Below are positions 60,736 through 64,000 of a stretch of 64,000 bases of DNA, piece after piece. The notes beneath the pieces were generated by a model, which was not told the DNA's origin, did not search any database, and saw only the letters and a program-made list of their open reading frames with translations. The stretch lies in assembly GCA_963758525.1 (NCBI GenBank), contig CAVWVQ010000001.1, forward strand, positions 160,001 through 224,000, read 5' to 3'. A program made the position numbers and the translations under genes. Each line of letters begins with the position of its first letter. The first letter of the stretch is position 1. This stretch comes from an uncultured Phycisphaerales bacterium. GTDB taxonomy: Bacteria; Planctomycetota; Phycisphaerae; Tepidisphaerales; Tepidisphaeraceae.

Positions 60736-61994
60736 ATGGCCGATACCACGCAAAGCCCGGACGGTCCAAAGCTGACGTTCATCGGCAAGCTGTTTGTGCT
60801 GCTGGTGATCGCCGGCAGCTTCTGCGGCGCGTACTACCTCTTCTTTCAGGGCCATGGCAAAGAGGCCGTTCCGAATGCGACGAGTGGATCGGGCAATGCG
60901 CCGACCCCTGCCGCGTCCGGCGGCTCAGCGCCGACGCCCGCTCCGCTGAATCCAGTGACCATCGGCGTGGCGTATGGATCGGAGAAGGAGAAGTGGCTGC
61001 TGCAGGTGGTTGACGATTTCGCGAAGACGCCCCAGGGGGCGAACATCAAGGTGAATCTCATCAGGAAAGGCTCCATCGAAGGGCGCAGGAAATCCTGCGC
61101 GGCGACGATGCCGCCAAAAAGATCAATGCGTGGGCGCCCGCAAGCTCGCTGTACAAACAGGCCTTTGTGCAGGACTGGCAGGACAAGTTCGGAAACAACC
61201 CGATTCTCAAGGAGGAGCAGCTTGCGTTGACGCCGATGGTGTTTGTTTTCTGGGACGAGCGATATCAGCCGTTCGTGCAGAAATATCACGAGGTGAACTT
61301 CAGGACGATCGGTCAGGCTCTGAACGAGAAGGGGGGCTGGGACGCCATCGCCGGGAAAGCCACCAACTGGGGATTCTTCAAGTTTGGTCACACGCATCCC
61401 ACCAAATCCAACAGCGGCCTGCTGACGCTGGTGCTGATGGGTTATGACTTTCGCGACAAGAGCCGCGGACTGACGTTGGGCGACATTACGGCTCCGGATT
61501 TCCAGGACTGGATGAACGGCATCGAGCGCGGCGCCAGCGACACCGTGGAAAGCACCGGCACGCTGATGCGCGACATGGTCCTCAAGGGACCCAGCACCTA
61601 TGACGCGCTGTTTGTCTATGAAAGCGTCGTGATCGACTACCTCAAAAGTGCCGAGGGACGTTCTGGGAGACTGCATGTTGAATATCCGAAGTACAATATG
61701 TGGAACGACAACCCTTATTACATCCTCGACGCCCCATGGAGCACTCCTGACCAGCGACAGGCCAGCCAGGTTTTTCTCGACTATCTGATGAGCGAGCCGG
61801 TGCAAAAGCAGTCGCTGGTTCACGGTTTTCGGCCCGGGGATCCCAATGTTCCGATTAAGTTTCCAGAAAGTCCCTTCGTGCAATACGAATCGTACGGACT
61901 GAAGGTGGACCTTCCGGTGGTGTGTGAATCGCCCAAACCCGAGGTGATTCAGAATTTGCTGGTAGGATGGCAAAGAAGCAATGGGGACCGATAG
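60736..61994 (+). CDS. Membrane-anchored solute-binding-fold paralog (frameshift near 61083)
   Basis: YGSEK, FGHTHPTKSNSG, VYESV, HGFRP. Confidence 0.85.
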
Positions 61995-62052
61995 GCCGGC
62001 ATGCTGAAACCAGAAGCCCGAATGTTGAAAATGAGTACAGGAGACTCCGCTC

Positions 62053-62813
62053 ATGTTTGCTCGCATCGCTAATCTCTTCAAGGGCTTTATGAGCCTCTTT
62101 ATTTCCGGCGTTGACGCAAGAACCCCCAGGCGTTGCTCGAGGTGGAGAAGGAAAATCTCCGCAAGCAGATTGCGCGCTACAACGACGGGCTGGCTTCCCA
62201 TGCCGGGCTTTGCGAGCGGCTGATGACGCAGGTGAAGAAACTGGAGAATGAAGAGCGCGACCTCCGCTCCCGCGCGTCGGCGAATCTCAAGGCGGGGAAT
62301 CGCGATCTGGCAGGGCAGTATGCGCTACGCCTGCAGACGGTGACGCGCGAACTGGAGGAGAATCGCACCCAGGCCACGCAGGCCGAGCAGACTTATAAGA
62401 GCCTGGTCACGGCGCGCGACGTGGCGATCAAGGCGGCCAAGGACAAGATCGAATCCCTGCGGCAGAGTCTGGACGATCTGAAGGTGAAGAAGGCGATGGC
62501 GGAACTGACCGAGATGGCTTCGGGAATGGTGTCGAAGATCGGTGGATCGGGCGATACGCTCGATCGTCTGCATTCGATGGTGGAAGAGGACCGCGAAAAA
62601 GCGGCAGGTCGCGTGCGCGTCGCCAGGGACAGCTTCAATACCGCCGACATCCAGCTAAAGGAATCCGAGCAGAAGGCGCTGGCCGATCAGGCGCTGGCGG
62701 ATTTTGCTTCGCGGGAGGGCATCGCGCTGGAGGCGAAGGACTCCACTGCGGTCAGCGCCGAATCTCTCGACGGGGATGGCGCCAAGAGCATGGGCCCCGT
62801 GAAGGAAGGCTGA
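62053..62813 (+). CDS. PspA/IM30 family protein (frameshift near 62115)
   Basis: MFARIANLFKGF..NPQALLE..AxLKAGNRDLAGQYA; long coiled coil. Confidence 0.88.
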
Positions 62814-62820
62814 CCGCCGA

Positions 62821-63636
62821 ATGTTTCGTTACCTCAAAGCCGCTTTCCTCATTCGTCCGGTGGTTCCCGGACTGGGGGCGCTGCCGCTGAACGCTTTGCT
62901 GGTCGCGGCGATGATCATCCTGGGGTTTGGCCATCCCGCGTTCTGGCTCCTCGGTCTGGGGCTGGAGACGGCGTTTCTGGTGGCTCTTTCGACCAATGCG
63001 CGATTTCAGAAGGTGGTCGATGCGATGGCAATCGACATGGTCGAAGGGGACGCCGAGTCCAAACGGCGGGGGCTCATCCAGGAGCTTTTCGTTCCCGAGC
63101 AGCGGCGCATGGCCGACCTGGATGCCAAGTGCAAGCGGGCGGCCGATCTGGCGCGCGGGCAGGGCGTCGAAGACTACATCATCGACAGCAATAGGGACGC
63201 GCTGAACAAACTCGCCTGGTTGTATCTGAAACTCCTGCTGGCCCGGCAATCGCTCCGGTCGCAGGAGAGCGCGGCCAACGAACCGGAGTTGCGGCGGCAA
63301 ATCGCCCAGCTTCAGCGCGAGGCGGGCGATACGAAAGTCGGCGCGGCTCTGCGCGAATCGAAATCGGCGACATGCCAGATCCTGCAGAAACGGCTGGAGA
63401 ACTCGCAGCGCCGCGACCAGTCGTTGCAGGAAATTGAAAGTGATCTGACGCGGATCGAAGCGCAGGTGGACCTGGCGCTGGAGAACGCGGGCATGAGTGG
63501 GCAGCCGCAGGCAGTCTCGTCGAATATTTCGCTGGTGAGCCAGTTGCTGGAGCCCGACCTGTTTGGGCAGTCGCAATCCGCGGTCGCGGATCTGGATCAG
63601 GCGTTTGGAAAAGAGACCGCGCGGGAAGGCGCCTGA
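62821..63636 (+). CDS. Membrane-anchored coiled-coil protein
   Basis: Two TM segments, NARFQKVVD, helical C-terminus. Confidence 0.8.
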   Translation: MFRYLKAAFLIRPVVPGLGALPLNALLVAAMIILGFGHPAFWLLGLGLETAFLVALSTNARFQKVVDAMAIDMVEGDAESKRRGLIQELFVPEQRRMADLDAKCKRAADLARGQGVEDYIIDSNRDALNKLAWLYLKLLLARQSLRSQESAANEPELRRQIAQLQREAGDTKVGAALRESKSATCQILQKRLENSQRRDQSLQEIESDLTRIEAQVDLALENAGMSGQPQAVSSNISLVSQLLEPDLFGQSQSAVADLDQAFGKETAREGA

Positions 63637-63642
63637 CCATCT

Positions 63643-64000
63643 ATGCCCCCGATTCCCCCGACATCCTCGCGACCCGCTCCCGCGCCGCTGGTGCTTGCAC
63701 CCGGCGCGAGTCTTCCCAAATGGGCGTCCGACCTCATCGCGCAATACGAAAGCGACGCGGCGAGTCAGTTCATCCTGTATGGAAACGTCGGCGATCGGAT
63801 GGTGCTGCCGGTAGGGGAGAGGCCGGAGCTTGGCTCGCTGCAGGATTTCCTGTTGCGGGGATTGCTGCCGCGGTTTGACGTGGTGCTGAGCTACGATCTG
63901 GGCAATGGAATTCGCGTCGAGAAAGGGGAGGAGATTTTCGCGCAATGGCCGCTGATTAAGGAAACGCCGCAGCTCCCCCGCGCCCCCCGGCAGGCGATCG
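63643..64000 (+). CDS. Probable AAA+ ATPase, N-terminal part (runs off window)
   Basis: LPKWA...SQFILYGNVGD...VLSYDLGNGI; the Walker motifs are not within the window. Confidence 0.6.
   Translation, partial: MPPIPPTSSRPAPAPLVLAPGASLPKWASDLIAQYESDAASQFILYGNVGDRMVLPVGERPELGSLQDFLLRGLLPRFDVVLSYDLGNGIRVEKGEEIFAQWPLIKETPQLPRAPRQAI

Overview
GC-rich bacterial chromosomal window. The lineage is probably Planctomycetota (Phycisphaerae-like), inferred from LEPR-XLL secreted proteins, a PQQ-type propeller and heptamer repeats. Many genes carry single-base frameshifts, mostly near GCGC, which look like long-read consensus errors. The first 38 kb holds a broken type I R-M locus whose middle is occupied by a DpnI-like nuclease, glnA and acpS, an ESCRT-III/Snf7-like gene upstream of a PIN pair and cdsA-plsC, two paralogous secreted proteins, tRNA-Arg(CCG), dps, a KaiC-like ATPase with a hybrid kinase, an orphan rpmH, an S55 peptidase pair, and three copies of a 143-bp REP-cored MITE with 8-bp target duplications. 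The centrepiece (37.95-52.9 kb) is a chromosomal integron with intI, back-to-back promoters, attI and about 15 cassettes. It is really two integrons joined at an inverted-repeat-flanked Y1 (HUH) transposase. Two apparently identical full-length non-class-C group II introns sit inside the GTTGAAC core site of an ORF-less cassette, and a truncated third copy keeps the same TTGAA junction. The window ends with kdsD, a large LptC/LptA-like gene, rsmD and a vWA/solute-binding/PspA/AAA operon.
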